A stretch of DNA of 64,000 bases from IMG/VR virus record IMGVR_UViG_3300045988_167206, positions 32,001 to 96,000 of that record. One strand, 5' to 3'. Origin of the DNA: a virus. Position 1 is the first letter of the stretch. The number at the start of each line of letters is the position of its first letter. The translations under genes and the position numbers were made by a program. Of this stretch, positions 52,901 to 63,161 are shown one piece after another. The notes under the pieces are model-generated. The model worked only from the letters and a program-made list of their open reading frames with translations, was not told the DNA's origin and searched no databases.

Positions 52901-53737
52901 TGCCTGAGCGACATCTTGAGTCAAAAAAGTATATACGGACTTATTGTCTACTTCATAATTGGTAACATAATTTGGAAGTATATTCCGATCACTATATGGT
53001 ACAAGACTATCTTCAGAATATGGATCTTTCCCAAAATCATTATTTGTTGAAGAATCTACATATCCAATATGCCAACCAACAATGTCTGCTCCAGAATGTT
53101 TTAAAATTAAATGTAGCAAACTTAAATCCTCAAGAGTTGGATCTACTTTTAATTCATCTTGATTGTAATAAAATTTAATTTGAAAAAACGTGTTATTTTC
53201 AAGTTCATCTTCAGCATCATATTCATCAAGTGCCGTTTTAATTTCATTATCTGTAGCAGATGGATGTTCTGTTATATATTTTTTTTTATAGTTGTTTTTT
53301 AATTTTTCAATCAGAAGATCCTTATGTGTTGTTTTGTACATCACCTCGTAAGAATCTTTTTCTCCGGTATTAATATTGAAGTCATTTAAGGAATATTGAG
53401 ACAACATAATCTCATAAGATTCAGCTGTAATATCTTTCGTTTCTTTGGTTCCATCATTATTTTTAGTAGGTGGATCCATTATTTTAAACCAAATACCATC
53501 ACAGTATAATTCCATTTTTTCTTCTAATTCATCGTATCCATTAGATAAAATAGATTCATCAATATATTTATTAACCGTAAATGATAACTCAGCGGTGTTA
53601 TTCGTATTTAACGAAAGAGAAACAGTAGAAGTATCAATTCCATTTAAAGCGCAAAAAATACGTTTTCCAGGTTTTGCCAAATAAATAATAGAAGGTTCTG
53701 TCCGTCCAAAAATATCATAAGTTTGTATTTTTTTCAT
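49982..53737 (-). CDS. Tail-associated/minor structural protein (Tal-like, 1251 aa)
   Basis: N-terminus IYLAKPGKRIFCALNGIDTSTVSLSLNTNNTAELSFTVNKY is typical of siphophage minor structural/anti-receptor N-terminal regions. Positioned after Dit, with an ATGA overlap. Confidence 0.7.
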   Translation of the reverse strand: MKKIQTYDIFGRTEPSIIYLAKPGKRIFCALNGIDTSTVSLSLNTNNTAELSFTVNKYIDESILSNGYDELEEKMELYCDGIWFKIMDPPTKNNDGTKETKDITAESYEIMLSQYSLNDFNINTGEKDSYEVMYKTTHKDLLIEKLKNNYKKKYITEHPSATDNEIKTALDEYDAEDELENNTFFQIKFYYNQDELKVDPTLEDLSLLHLILKHSGADIVGWHIGYVDSSTNNDFGKDPYSEDSLVPYSDRNILPNYVTNYEVDNKSVYTFLTQDVAQACRCVFEFDTINMTINVYRPETLGVDTGIFLGFRNIQNNVTTSRDDSLITQFYVEGLEDYDVAAVNYASNVMTDLSHFEREPYMDNTLIEKYRAYIKYKEDHRLEYVRYSQCYNAINEKLTELTNRVPIDSVQNTWTDCDMDTLQSAYTSNSAILMGLRALYVDDNNNFDINALKKNKEDWSLYQSIKNYTIPEITAAMQYRISNHHYTEEEMEKWKFFPSGTGNLLSNSNPVILNTSWEMLYPEYANNFELFDVDSSSLPSGITRGIHFIPKTLLDNPSHGRFGITQRKIPIELGETYILSCYIMYDAPSSSGFRGEFQLHCGNIGDDFIVLDSVIDETSNTWQLVKGIIKTGTDKVINSNMINIAFTARLGVKICGMQLEKYNGDNTEISEFNPTFGYYIQPETVLKAYEINWKLYGIDELKVKINTYQNCIDELKKNGFGEGYKYITSAGYKEEYGYQMHQSYCDYIELKKRAESALNQRQAEYDYISEGRKPESADFEFTITDPFKVKVKVFDENGKIKNDDHGNPEYIELDIIGYCNGLSGCLSKRKELIADVDLDNWGKKNFDNILSGSEPFTDEEKQIIQHLYTQASYSNENIIITSIDDTSTAVEKSFQLFNDAKEELYIESHPQYTYSDTIENIYALPEFKLYHDKLNVNDYIYLGLDDEIYVKLRVIKIQYNPMDLNEQMSITFSNSIQYKSRRVDYNNLLNVAMNQSNHDGGSVQGVQKSSDSSSYVISADVVQRLFSNPFFTSKVSNTVTSSSGSISDIDINNVISQFLSSNKEQFNSLDFKCGFIQAIDQNYLTSDLIGKKFITPKNIASLFSKDNFKDITIYNTTFDAANLLNSTFTKLSGGEFICNLYKINTNNPLTIFETAMTDSYETLRLQMYSLENPCIGLKKYTNNTSDISIQADNIILTGDTNISSLSEINNISDAASEKIRDCHTHAEIIEKIELLQTQINDLQNKLNLQTE

Positions 53738-54759
53738 ACAAATGCACCTACTTTTCTAGGTTCACGCCATTGGATTGTAATAAAAGCCAATCCATTTGTC
53801 CAAATAATATTTTGTCCATATACTAATCTAGGCCAATAAATTTTTAAAATATCATTAGGATCAGAAATTCCTAAATCATCAAAAGTAATCTGTACTTCAT
53901 TTTTATAATTATCAAATTTATATATTTTTAAACGTTCACAATCTATATAAATACTATCTATTGTTTTAGGAGTTATAGTTAATTCTTTTAAGGGATTATC
54001 ACTTAAATTACATATGGTAATCTGTTCATTTGGTTTAACAGGCTCTATTTCAATAGTTGGATATACATATTCGCTACGGCAATCGGTCATATTATACAAA
54101 TATTTTGTTTTATTAAGATCATTTAGTTTTATTCCTGTAGATTCAACTGTATTTGATGTAATTTTTTCTGTTTGAAGAGAAGAGTAACCATAGGGACTAT
54201 CACAAGTGGCAGTACATATTAATTTAAACGGTTTCCCTATATTTTCTGTAGATATATCAGTAAAGGTTACAAAAAATTCAATATCTTCTTTATAATATTC
54301 ATTATTTAAGAATTTTAATTTTTTAGGAAATTGAGGAGAGGTCAACCATGCGTTTAATGCTTTAATATCATTAGAAGTAAAATAATCTTCAGCCTCTGTT
54401 GTTAAAACACCATTTGATAAATTTGCCGTATAATTTTTAGGAAATTTTAAAATACCATTATCAATTACCATATTATTTGAAATCATATCATATATTAATG
54501 TATTTTTAGATTTCTCTGTAATTGTTTCGGTTGCCTCTAAATATGGAAGTATACTTTTTTTACATGGATTTTTTATTAAAACAATATTAAAAGACAAATT
54601 TTCTTCATAAGTTGTACCAAAATGATTTTCTCTTGGTCGAAATTTATTTTTTTCTCCAAGTATTAATGAACGCGATTCTAATTGATCGTTTTCTTCAATA
54701 GATGCTATAATTACACCAAACTCTTCGGAATTATAACCATTAAATTCAAATTCTAACAT
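53734..54759 (-). CDS. Distal tail protein (Dit-like)
   Basis: MLEFEFNGYNSEEFGVIIASIE is a Sipho_tail-type N-terminus. Positioned directly after the tape measure gene. Confidence 0.65.
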   Translation of the reverse strand: MLEFEFNGYNSEEFGVIIASIEENDQLESRSLILGEKNKFRPRENHFGTTYEENLSFNIVLIKNPCKKSILPYLEATETITEKSKNTLIYDMISNNMVIDNGILKFPKNYTANLSNGVLTTEAEDYFTSNDIKALNAWLTSPQFPKKLKFLNNEYYKEDIEFFVTFTDISTENIGKPFKLICTATCDSPYGYSSLQTEKITSNTVESTGIKLNDLNKTKYLYNMTDCRSEYVYPTIEIEPVKPNEQITICNLSDNPLKELTITPKTIDSIYIDCERLKIYKFDNYKNEVQITFDDLGISDPNDILKIYWPRLVYGQNIIWTNGLAFITIQWREPRKVGAFV

Positions 54760-54789
54760 TTATGCATTCTCACCTCTCTTTATTTTAAT

Positions 54790-54825
54790 ATAAGAATAAA
54801 AGAGGATGCTTTGACACATCCTCTT
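54790..54825 (-). terminator. Terminator-like hairpin between TMP and Dit
   Basis: Minus strand: AAGAGGATG, 8-nt loop, CATCCTCTT, then TTATTCTT. The interrupted U tract suggests it may only attenuate. Confidence 0.4.
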
Positions 54826-54837
54826 CCTGTATTCCAT

Positions 54838-57800
54838 TTACCTATTCCGTCCGGTCAGTTTCTTCCAGTCCTTTGACATTTTCTTTGTGAAATCATCAAA
54901 CATAATACCACTCAGTTGATGTGCAAGATTCTTTATATCCAACTCACTGTCAATTCTGTCTACATTCAGATTGATCTCTGGATTAAAAGTAATATTCTGG
55001 TTCTGTACAGATGGAACATTATTCAGTTTCGCTCCATTGTTTCCGGTCATCATGTCCGTAAATTCATTCATAGAAGCAATGGAAGGTTTCAGCAACTTGG
55101 TAAATTCTTCTGTCAGGACAGTTTCTCCCGGTCTGGCTCCGATAAATCCGGTGTCACCATTGCGGATAATCGCATCTCCAAGCATTGTACCCATATCAGC
55201 CGGGATAAGATTACGGACAACTCCACCCTTGGAAAATCCAAAAGTCTGTAACTGCTTGAGCAGGTTTGTCTTCTGAGTTCCTGTCCATTTGCTATAGTTA
55301 CCCGGATATTTCAGTCCCAGAATCTTGGCAGCACTCACTAATTGAGCACCTGTAACATCTTTGCCCTTTTTCTTAAAATGCTGTATAAGTTCATGGTTAT
55401 TTTTATAGTCCGCTGGCTTAAAGGTTTTATTCTTCAGGTTTTTATACCACTTTGTCAGTTGATTCTTCTTGATGGATTTCTGAATCTGCTCATTAAACTT
55501 CTTCTTATCATTCAAGTCTTTGTCAGACTTTCCAAGGATCAGACTGTCTTTGATTTCCTGACGTTCCCCATATGAGAACTTGTACCCTGATTTATTCAGT
55601 GCGTCATTTACCGTCTTAGCATATTTATCATAGTTTTTCTGACGTACTGTAACATTAAAGGTTACAGCCGCAGCAGAAGAGACTACTGGATGCACAGTAA
55701 CTGTAGTTTTACCTGATTTTTTGCCAGTTACAATAAAGCTGTTACCATTTTTCTGAGCAGTAGCAATTGAACTGTCTTTTACTGTAAGCGTAAAGTTCTT
55801 CAGATTATCAGTAGCAGCGTTCTTGTAGTTTACCTTTACTGTCTGTTTCTTTCCAACATATATGGTTGCACTCTTTGGGCTTAGTGAAAGTGCAAGTTTA
55901 GCACTATAGGATTTACCATTCTGGTCATAGCCAATATTATTAGAAGCCTTACCAGCACTTTCGGAATCCTTGAGTGCTCCACTAATAGCAGCATCCGCTT
56001 TGGAATCACTTGGAATGCCAGAAGTATCAACATTGGTGTAATTTCCCGGATGATTCTTTGCTTCATTCACGGTTTCGTTGGTAGAATTCTTAATTGTATT
56101 GGCATTCATCAGATCTTTGAACAGATCGGCAGTCTTATAACCAGTTTCATCAAGAATCTTACTGATCTCATCGAAGGTTTCCTTGTAAGAATTCTTGACT
56201 TCAGAGAGCATATCATTGATGACAGACTTCTGAAGATCTGTGTTGGACTTCAGAGACTTTAAGGTGTTATCCAGTGCATCATCTGCTTTTTCGGACAGAT
56301 CATCATATCCTTTGGATTCCATATCAAGCTGATGCTCATACTTGGTATCTGCAAGATCTTCTTCCTTGTCTTTCAGATCAGCCTTGAGTTTCGCTAACTT
56401 AGCCTGTGCAGCAGCGTTAGTGGTTCCTTCAAGGGCAGCAATCTGTGCTTTGAGTGCATTGATATCTTTGGTCTTATCCTTAATGGTCTTATCGTATTCA
56501 TAGTAATCCTTCTTATTGTCAAGAGCTTTCTTACGCTTATCGATATTCTCCTGAAGCAGATCATTTTCTTTGGTGATCTTATCTGAATACATATCAAGCA
56601 GATTCTGCTGGCTGGAATATAAAGACTTGGATGTCTGTTGAATCTGGTTTAAGGCATTTTCTGATCGTTCTTTGTACTCATCAGCTGTAACCATACCGTT
56701 TTTCTTTAATTTTTCAAGTAAATCAAGTTCAGCGGTACAGTCAGAAATCTTCTGTTTATACGCATCCATTTCCTTATTGATGAGAGAGATATTTGCAAGC
56801 CCGGTATCTGTAAATGATCCATCATCGTTATAAAACGTATCAGAATCCATCATATCACGAAGATTTCCATAATCTTCAATCAGATCATCCAGTTTATCCT
56901 GGGCTTCATCAAACTGTTTAAATCTGAGATCAACAATGGATTTCTTCAGTTCAGCATTACTGTTTGCAGTTTCCAAAATCTTCTTGTCAAGTTCTGCAAG
57001 CTGATCTGCATATTCCTGATATTCAGCAGATCCTGCATTGAGTGTTAGCATTTTTTGTTGTACAAGATTCTTCTGTTCCTGCAATGCATTGATGGTGTTA
57101 TTATTTGTGGTGATCGCATTTCGGTAATCAGTCTCAGTGATACCTTTTGCAAAATCACCTGTCTTCGCGTCATAATAACGGTTGGCATCCTTATAGTCTC
57201 TGTACGCTGACTGTTTTTCTGACGCACGAGTGTATTTATCAGTCTTATACTGAGCAGCATTTGCGGCAAGCTTATCTAACTGATTGGTCAATTCAGCTGT
57301 AGCCTTTTTACTGTCATTTAAAGCTGTTCTTAGCTCTTCCAGACCTGCAAGAGCTTCTTTGTAGAAAGTAGAATTCACTCCGTACTTCTTCTTGATCTGA
57401 TTAAGCTGTTTCTGATATTCTTTAATTTCGGATGTTATCAGATTTGTCTGAGTGTTCTGGTTGTTTCTCTGTTTTATAATATTCTGATAATAACCAGAAC
57501 CAACTCCCTGAGAATTTCCAGCTTCAGAAGCCCAATCATTTAAGCTGCTAAGAGTGTTATTCTGATTCTCATATACACTTCTCAGAGCATCATATTTATC
57601 AGTTACATTGTCAAGTCTCTGCTGATATAACTCTTTTTCTTGTGATTTCAGGTCTTGAATGGCTTTGTCACATTCTACGATCTTGTCATACCATTTCTGA
57701 TAGGCTTCGACTTTGGACTTGTCTGTTTCACTCAAGGATTGTATGTCTACGGTTCCATCCTGTACTTTCTTTTTAAGAGCAGCAGATAAACCAATCTTCT

Positions 57801-60800
57801 TGGCATAATTATCAGATGCACGAACATATAAATTACGCCCTTTAATATAATCCTCCATCAGTGTATTTGAATCATTTATTGCTTTTGTCAGATAATTATT
57901 TTTAGTAGAAAGGACAGTAGAATTTTCTGATTTTGACTGAGCAAGATCAATGCGATTCTCAAATCTAGTTACAAGTCTTTCGAACCAATCAACAACGTTT
58001 TTCCATGGATCTTCCCAGCTTTTAGAAGAAGATGAACTTCCTCCACCAGATCCACCTGAAGAACCAGAGTTTCCACCACCACCGGAATTATTATTTCCAG
58101 AAGATTTAGTAGAAGAGGATTTTTTTGAAGAAGTATCTTTAAAATTAAATCCAGTAAGAGCATAAGCGTTACAGCCTAAACTTCCAGTGGCATAAGCCCT
58201 TGCATTACTAGAAGTTTTTCCATGCTCTAGTAAATCTTTTGTCTGAGAAGCATTAAATATAATGTCTCCCTTTTTAAGATTTTCAAAATGTGGACCACCT
58301 GGAAGAAGTGACCATACTCCATCACGAACAATTGATTCCGTACCTACTTCATTTGTGAGAGCTGTTTCATTTTTGCCTAAAGCAACATTTCCTCCAGCGT
58401 GAGCAGAAGAGAGTGGTTTCAAGTTGAGCATATTGTATGCAGTGCCATCTGCATGAGCTATAGAAGTCATTGTACCAGAAGCACTAGCACCTTTTGGCGC
58501 ACCTTCTACCTTTGCATGATATACAACTATTCCACTTTTATTTGGAGGAGTCCATGATGCAATATTACTAGCATTAACAATATAATTCACAACCCCTGTT
58601 TTGTCCGGTGGTTTATATGCTTGAACATCACTGTCTTCAACCGTATATTTAGCTTTAGCATCTTTGTCCTCTGGTTTATAAGAATCAACCTCAGCACTAT
58701 CTTTTTTAATAGTGGCATTAACAGTTATTTGTTTGTTTTGACCATTTAATTCGTCCGCTTTTGCATTAATAGCATCAAGTTCTTCTTGGTTTTGTACATC
58801 ACAAGTAATTGTTACAGGTGTATTATCTGGAACAGATTCCATAGCAGAAGTAAGATCTTCAACCTGATCCTCGCCGGTTACAGAAACATCTACTGTGGCA
58901 GTTGTGCCTTGTGGAATAGAAGCTAATGAATTTTTTAAATCATCTGTGCCTCCGGAGGTAGAGAGATTCGCCTCAATAGTATAAGTACTTCCAGACAAAT
59001 TCTGTAAGTCAGCCGACGTTTCTTCTGCTTCTTCCTGTGCTTCTTCAAGGCTAGAAGTATCGACTTCAGGTTTAAGAACACCCAATCCTTCAAGAGCCTG
59101 TACAAGCTGGTCTTTTGTTAGGCCGGCCTGATCAGCAAGATTCTGCAATGCATCTTCGGCTTGTTCCATACCTTCAACATTATAAGCACCATCACCAAGT
59201 TGGATTCCTTCAAGATCAGCGGCTGTATATTGTTTCAGAGCATTGAAATCAGCTTCAGTTGCTTCTGCATTTGCTTCATGAGCCTGTTTTACAGCTTCAA
59301 GAGAATCGGCGTATTCTTTGGCAGCAGTTGGATCAGAAATTCCCATTTCCTCTGCGGTAAGAGGAGAGTCAAATGTTCCAATGCCCTTATCGTGAAGCAT
59401 CTGATTAAAAGCATCTTCGTCAACTTCGAACTCAGGAGTTAATTTAATTTTATTATCCTTAGCTAATTGCTGGATACGATCGTACAATCCTTGAGCATAC
59501 TCCTGTTGCGCCGGATCATCTTTAACCTGTTGGTATTCTTTTGCAAAATCATTGATTGTCTGTTTTACAGTATTCAGATTTTGCACTTCACGGTCAGTAG
59601 CACCATTTACATATGTATCAAGAGCAGTATTAGCATCATTGACTTGATTCTTTAAATCATCTACAACTTGTGCTTGCTGTTCAATCGCATATTGTGGTGC
59701 ACCATTGGCAACTAATTCAGAGTACTTTTCTTGGGCAGAAATAAGCTCGTTAGTCTTTTCCGTAACATTAGCCTGTCCTTCAGCTACAGATGTAATGTCT
59801 GTAACAACAGCACCCATATCGTCATAACGTCCAAGATAATCTCTAAATTGTTCTTCTCCCATTCCGAGAGTTTTTGCGGCATCAGCGGAATCAGTAAATG
59901 CCATTTGCCATTGTTTGGAACCATCTTCTAGAGTTTTATAAGTAGCTAAACCTTTTGATTTAAGAAGATCAAGAAATTTCAATGGTCCAGATGCATCGTC
60001 TGTATAATATGGTTTCCATTTATTATAGTTTTCAATGAAATTATCTTCATCGCTAAACCCATAAGGGGAGAAGTAAGCAGCACCTTCTTTAAAATCATCT
60101 GTACCGGTTTCACCGTTATCGTACATTTCTTTTAAAGATTCTAACTTACTCTTTGTTGCTTTATAATGATCTCCTGCATTTGGAGTACTTTCAGCGTTGG
60201 CAGCTCTTTGCCATTGACTGGTCTGTTCCTGCATATTTTTATACTGAGCCATGTATTCATTTTGAAGATTCTTAAGTTCTTCAAGTTTTTGTTTTTCTGA
60301 CTCAATAATATTGCCATTGGAATCATAGATTTTCTTCTCTTGATCAGCAATCTGAGATGCAAAATCTTTTGTGACCATTTCATTTTGAGCTTTAGAAAGT
60401 TCCTGGAATCTATCAGTATTTAACTGTAATCCCTTTGCAGATCTTGTAAACAATCCATTTATATCAGTTCCCTGAGCAGTAAGATCACTAAACTGAGTAA
60501 CAAGATTCTTCACGGAGTCACTTGTTAATCCAGTTTCACTATTTGTTTCTCCAATAGCAGTACTCAAAGCACTGGCCAGATTTGTAACATCAGTAATAGG
60601 AAGATTCTGGATTTCTTCAAGCCATCCGGCCTGAGAAGCTTTCATATTCTCTATGGACATTTGAGCAGACTGGATTTGATCCTGGTATCCTTTTATCTTC
60701 TCATTGTCTTCATCAGTAAGAGGAGAGATACCTTTACTTTCTCTGATTGTACGGATGTTATCCTGGTAATCTTTAATCTGTTTATTCAGATTTGAAATCT

Positions 60801-63129
60801 GAGCATTACCATTTTCAACAAGATTATTGTAATCCTGTGCAGTTGCTTTCTGGTTGAATGCAGATTTATTATTCATTAGAGTCTGCATATCTGAAGCGTC
60901 AGTCTGAAGTCTGGTCAAATCTTTTGAGAGATTTTCAAGATCCTGTTCGTTTGCATCAAGACGAACCTGAACCTCAGTATCCTCAATAGCAGACTTCCAT
61001 TCATCGTAAGAAGCATTTGCCATAGAAGGGTCAAGGGATAGTTTAAGAATAGCCTGCATAGCTATTTCATTATCACCATATTCCGACATGAGCTTATTCA
61101 TTGTGCTTACAGCAGAATCTTTAGCTACAGTGCCCTTAGCATTATCAAGAATATTGGTTCTTACTGTTTTTTTGATATCATCCGCAGACATATCAAATCC
61201 TGCAGTATTAATACCATCCAAAATACTCTGAATATATCTATCAGCTTGAGCTAATTCCTTCGGATCAGTCGTATCTTTTACAGCATCACGAATCTTTCCA
61301 ATAGCAGTAGAAGCTTTATCAGTAGCAAGTTTCTGTAATCCTTGCTGTAAATTATCTGTTTCAGTAGCTAATTCTGGGAATTGCTGAATAAGATCTGTGA
61401 TATCAGAACTTTTCATATCACCGGATTTCAGAGAATCCATAGCAGTTTTGATACTAGAGATACTTGACTGGAAATTATCTGTTACGGTATCAATGTCTGT
61501 TGCTGTGTCTTCAGTTGAATTTTTGAAGAGAGAAGAGAATGTTTTAGAGGCATCTTCGGAAGAAGCTTTAGATTCTTCCATTGCTTTATTCCAATTGGAA
61601 GTAAGTGTACCTATTCCCCAATCATTCTCTTCAGGATCAAGACCATTATTCTGGAGATAATTCCAGAAAGTTTCTATATCTTTATCTGATTTATCCTTAA
61701 AAAATGCATCAGCGATTGAGCCGCCAGAAGTACTCGGAAGTTTTGACATAAATGCAAAAGTATCTTTAAGATTTTCTTTTACACCTTCAATATTTAATGC
61801 TTCCGGATCAACTATAGCCATGATATAAGATGCCAAATCATCTGCTGATATTTTCTTATCTCCAAGTGCTGATTTGAGATCAGAATAATCTTTATTACTA
61901 TTCAGAACATCAAGAATTCCCTGGGAACCTTTAGATTTGCCAATGTCCTCAAGTTTTGTCTGTAAGTCTGCATAATCAGCGAGAGCAAAAAGATTGTTTA
62001 GTTTGTCCTCTGTGTCGGAAGATGAACCTATGAGATTTGAGTAATTATCAATAAGAGAATTAACCTGGTCAATGGTACCCTGGTATTTCTTATCAAGAAC
62101 TGTACCATCATCTTTAAGCATACTCTGTGACTGATCTGAGATGTTAGAAATCATTTCAGAGAGTTCTGATTTTTGATTATCAATACCTTCTTGCTGTTTT
62201 TCAAGAGTTTTATTTTCCTCTTCAGTAATTAGGTCTATATTACCGCCATGACCTTTTTTGATATTTTCATAGGCGGTATCATATCTATCCTGAAGATGCT
62301 GGATATAATCCATTTTTGCCTGAGCTTCATCAAGATCATTAACATATACTTTGGCTTGAGGATTATAATTTCCGCTACCGTCAGAGAAATAATCCTGCTG
62401 CATAGATTTCTTATTTAGATCTTTTTGTGCAGCATTTGCCTCAGCAGTCTTAGCACTGTCGGCTAATCTTTGTTTCAATGATACTTGAGCACCAAGAAGT
62501 TCATTTTGATCTTGAAGATTATTTAATTCTTGACTCTCTTCTAGTGATCTGTTTTCTTTTACTCGAAGCTCTTGAATACGATCTTGGTTAGTTTCGTATG
62601 CAGATTGTGCGGTTTCAAGATCAGATTGAGCTGTTTCATTTTTTTTCTGAGCTTTTTGGTATTTCTTTGTGGTGGTTGCTTTTGTAAGATCAAATTGGTT
62701 GTCAAGACCTTTCCATGCTAATGTACCAACCCCAATAGCACCTGCAATTCCAAGAATAGGTAAAAGAGGTTTAATGAATGCTAATAAACCAGAGCCTGTA
62801 TCTTTTAGAGATCCTAATAAACCTGCACCTATGGCTACATCTCCAACTTTACCGGCTCCTCCGGCGGTATAACCGATTTTAGCCATCATGTCTTCGGTAA
62901 TATTTTCTTTACCAAACGCTTTAACCATAGCTTGATACGCAACACCAGAGTCTAAATTTTTTCCATATTTGGTTATCCAATTTACACCTTTACTTGCATT
63001 ACCAGATGCGGCTAATGCAGTTGCTAAACTAACAACATCTTCTCTGGTAGAAACACCATTAAATAAACGTGTTGCATTATTGAATTTTCCGATTTTCTTT
63101 AATGACACTGTTGAGTAAATATGATACAA
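54838..63129 (-). CDS. Tail tape measure protein (2763 aa), apparently two TMP-like units joined by a Gly/Ser linker
   Basis: N-terminal hydrophobic segments, very long coiled coils and a Big_2-like Ig domain (ATIYVGKKQTVKVNY...FIVTGKKSGKTTVTV). The start is uncertain: only a TTG at 63129, and no RBS seen. Confidence 0.85.
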   Translation of the reverse strand: MYHIYSTVSLKKIGKFNNATRLFNGVSTREDVVSLATALAASGNASKGVNWITKYGKNLDSGVAYQAMVKAFGKENITEDMMAKIGYTAGGAGKVGDVAIGAGLLGSLKDTGSGLLAFIKPLLPILGIAGAIGVGTLAWKGLDNQFDLTKATTTKKYQKAQKKNETAQSDLETAQSAYETNQDRIQELRVKENRSLEESQELNNLQDQNELLGAQVSLKQRLADSAKTAEANAAQKDLNKKSMQQDYFSDGSGNYNPQAKVYVNDLDEAQAKMDYIQHLQDRYDTAYENIKKGHGGNIDLITEEENKTLEKQQEGIDNQKSELSEMISNISDQSQSMLKDDGTVLDKKYQGTIDQVNSLIDNYSNLIGSSSDTEDKLNNLFALADYADLQTKLEDIGKSKGSQGILDVLNSNKDYSDLKSALGDKKISADDLASYIMAIVDPEALNIEGVKENLKDTFAFMSKLPSTSGGSIADAFFKDKSDKDIETFWNYLQNNGLDPEENDWGIGTLTSNWNKAMEESKASSEDASKTFSSLFKNSTEDTATDIDTVTDNFQSSISSIKTAMDSLKSGDMKSSDITDLIQQFPELATETDNLQQGLQKLATDKASTAIGKIRDAVKDTTDPKELAQADRYIQSILDGINTAGFDMSADDIKKTVRTNILDNAKGTVAKDSAVSTMNKLMSEYGDNEIAMQAILKLSLDPSMANASYDEWKSAIEDTEVQVRLDANEQDLENLSKDLTRLQTDASDMQTLMNNKSAFNQKATAQDYNNLVENGNAQISNLNKQIKDYQDNIRTIRESKGISPLTDEDNEKIKGYQDQIQSAQMSIENMKASQAGWLEEIQNLPITDVTNLASALSTAIGETNSETGLTSDSVKNLVTQFSDLTAQGTDINGLFTRSAKGLQLNTDRFQELSKAQNEMVTKDFASQIADQEKKIYDSNGNIIESEKQKLEELKNLQNEYMAQYKNMQEQTSQWQRAANAESTPNAGDHYKATKSKLESLKEMYDNGETGTDDFKEGAAYFSPYGFSDEDNFIENYNKWKPYYTDDASGPLKFLDLLKSKGLATYKTLEDGSKQWQMAFTDSADAAKTLGMGEEQFRDYLGRYDDMGAVVTDITSVAEGQANVTEKTNELISAQEKYSELVANGAPQYAIEQQAQVVDDLKNQVNDANTALDTYVNGATDREVQNLNTVKQTINDFAKEYQQVKDDPAQQEYAQGLYDRIQQLAKDNKIKLTPEFEVDEDAFNQMLHDKGIGTFDSPLTAEEMGISDPTAAKEYADSLEAVKQAHEANAEATEADFNALKQYTAADLEGIQLGDGAYNVEGMEQAEDALQNLADQAGLTKDQLVQALEGLGVLKPEVDTSSLEEAQEEAEETSADLQNLSGSTYTIEANLSTSGGTDDLKNSLASIPQGTTATVDVSVTGEDQVEDLTSAMESVPDNTPVTITCDVQNQEELDAINAKADELNGQNKQITVNATIKKDSAEVDSYKPEDKDAKAKYTVEDSDVQAYKPPDKTGVVNYIVNASNIASWTPPNKSGIVVYHAKVEGAPKGASASGTMTSIAHADGTAYNMLNLKPLSSAHAGGNVALGKNETALTNEVGTESIVRDGVWSLLPGGPHFENLKKGDIIFNASQTKDLLEHGKTSSNARAYATGSLGCNAYALTGFNFKDTSSKKSSSTKSSGNNNSGGGGNSGSSGGSGGGSSSSSKSWEDPWKNVVDWFERLVTRFENRIDLAQSKSENSTVLSTKNNYLTKAINDSNTLMEDYIKGRNLYVRASDNYAKKIGLSAALKKKVQDGTVDIQSLSETDKSKVEAYQKWYDKIVECDKAIQDLKSQEKELYQQRLDNVTDKYDALRSVYENQNNTLSSLNDWASEAGNSQGVGSGYYQNIIKQRNNQNTQTNLITSEIKEYQKQLNQIKKKYGVNSTFYKEALAGLEELRTALNDSKKATAELTNQLDKLAANAAQYKTDKYTRASEKQSAYRDYKDANRYYDAKTGDFAKGITETDYRNAITTNNNTINALQEQKNLVQQKMLTLNAGSAEYQEYADQLAELDKKILETANSNAELKKSIVDLRFKQFDEAQDKLDDLIEDYGNLRDMMDSDTFYNDDGSFTDTGLANISLINKEMDAYKQKISDCTAELDLLEKLKKNGMVTADEYKERSENALNQIQQTSKSLYSSQQNLLDMYSDKITKENDLLQENIDKRKKALDNKKDYYEYDKTIKDKTKDINALKAQIAALEGTTNAAAQAKLAKLKADLKDKEEDLADTKYEHQLDMESKGYDDLSEKADDALDNTLKSLKSNTDLQKSVINDMLSEVKNSYKETFDEISKILDETGYKTADLFKDLMNANTIKNSTNETVNEAKNHPGNYTNVDTSGIPSDSKADAAISGALKDSESAGKASNNIGYDQNGKSYSAKLALSLSPKSATIYVGKKQTVKVNYKNAATDNLKNFTLTVKDSSIATAQKNGNSFIVTGKKSGKTTVTVHPVVSSAAAVTFNVTVRQKNYDKYAKTVNDALNKSGYKFSYGERQEIKDSLILGKSDKDLNDKKKFNEQIQKSIKKNQLTKWYKNLKNKTFKPADYKNNHELIQHFKKKGKDVTGAQLVSAAKILGLKYPGNYSKWTGTQKTNLLKQLQTFGFSKGGVVRNLIPADMGTMLGDAIIRNGDTGFIGARPGETVLTEEFTKLLKPSIASMNEFTDMMTGNNGAKLNNVPSVQNQNITFNPEINLNVDRIDSELDIKNLAHQLSGIMFDDFTKKMSKDWKKLTGRNR

Positions 63130-63161
63130 TAAATTTATTTAATATAGGAAGGAAGATGTTT

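Noticed and set aside
57950-58165. Pro/Glu-rich plus-strand ORF and a second minus-frame ORF at the TMP Gly/Ser linker.
   Set aside because: These are artefacts of the low-complexity GGN/AGY repeat, whose complement reads as Pro/Glu codons.
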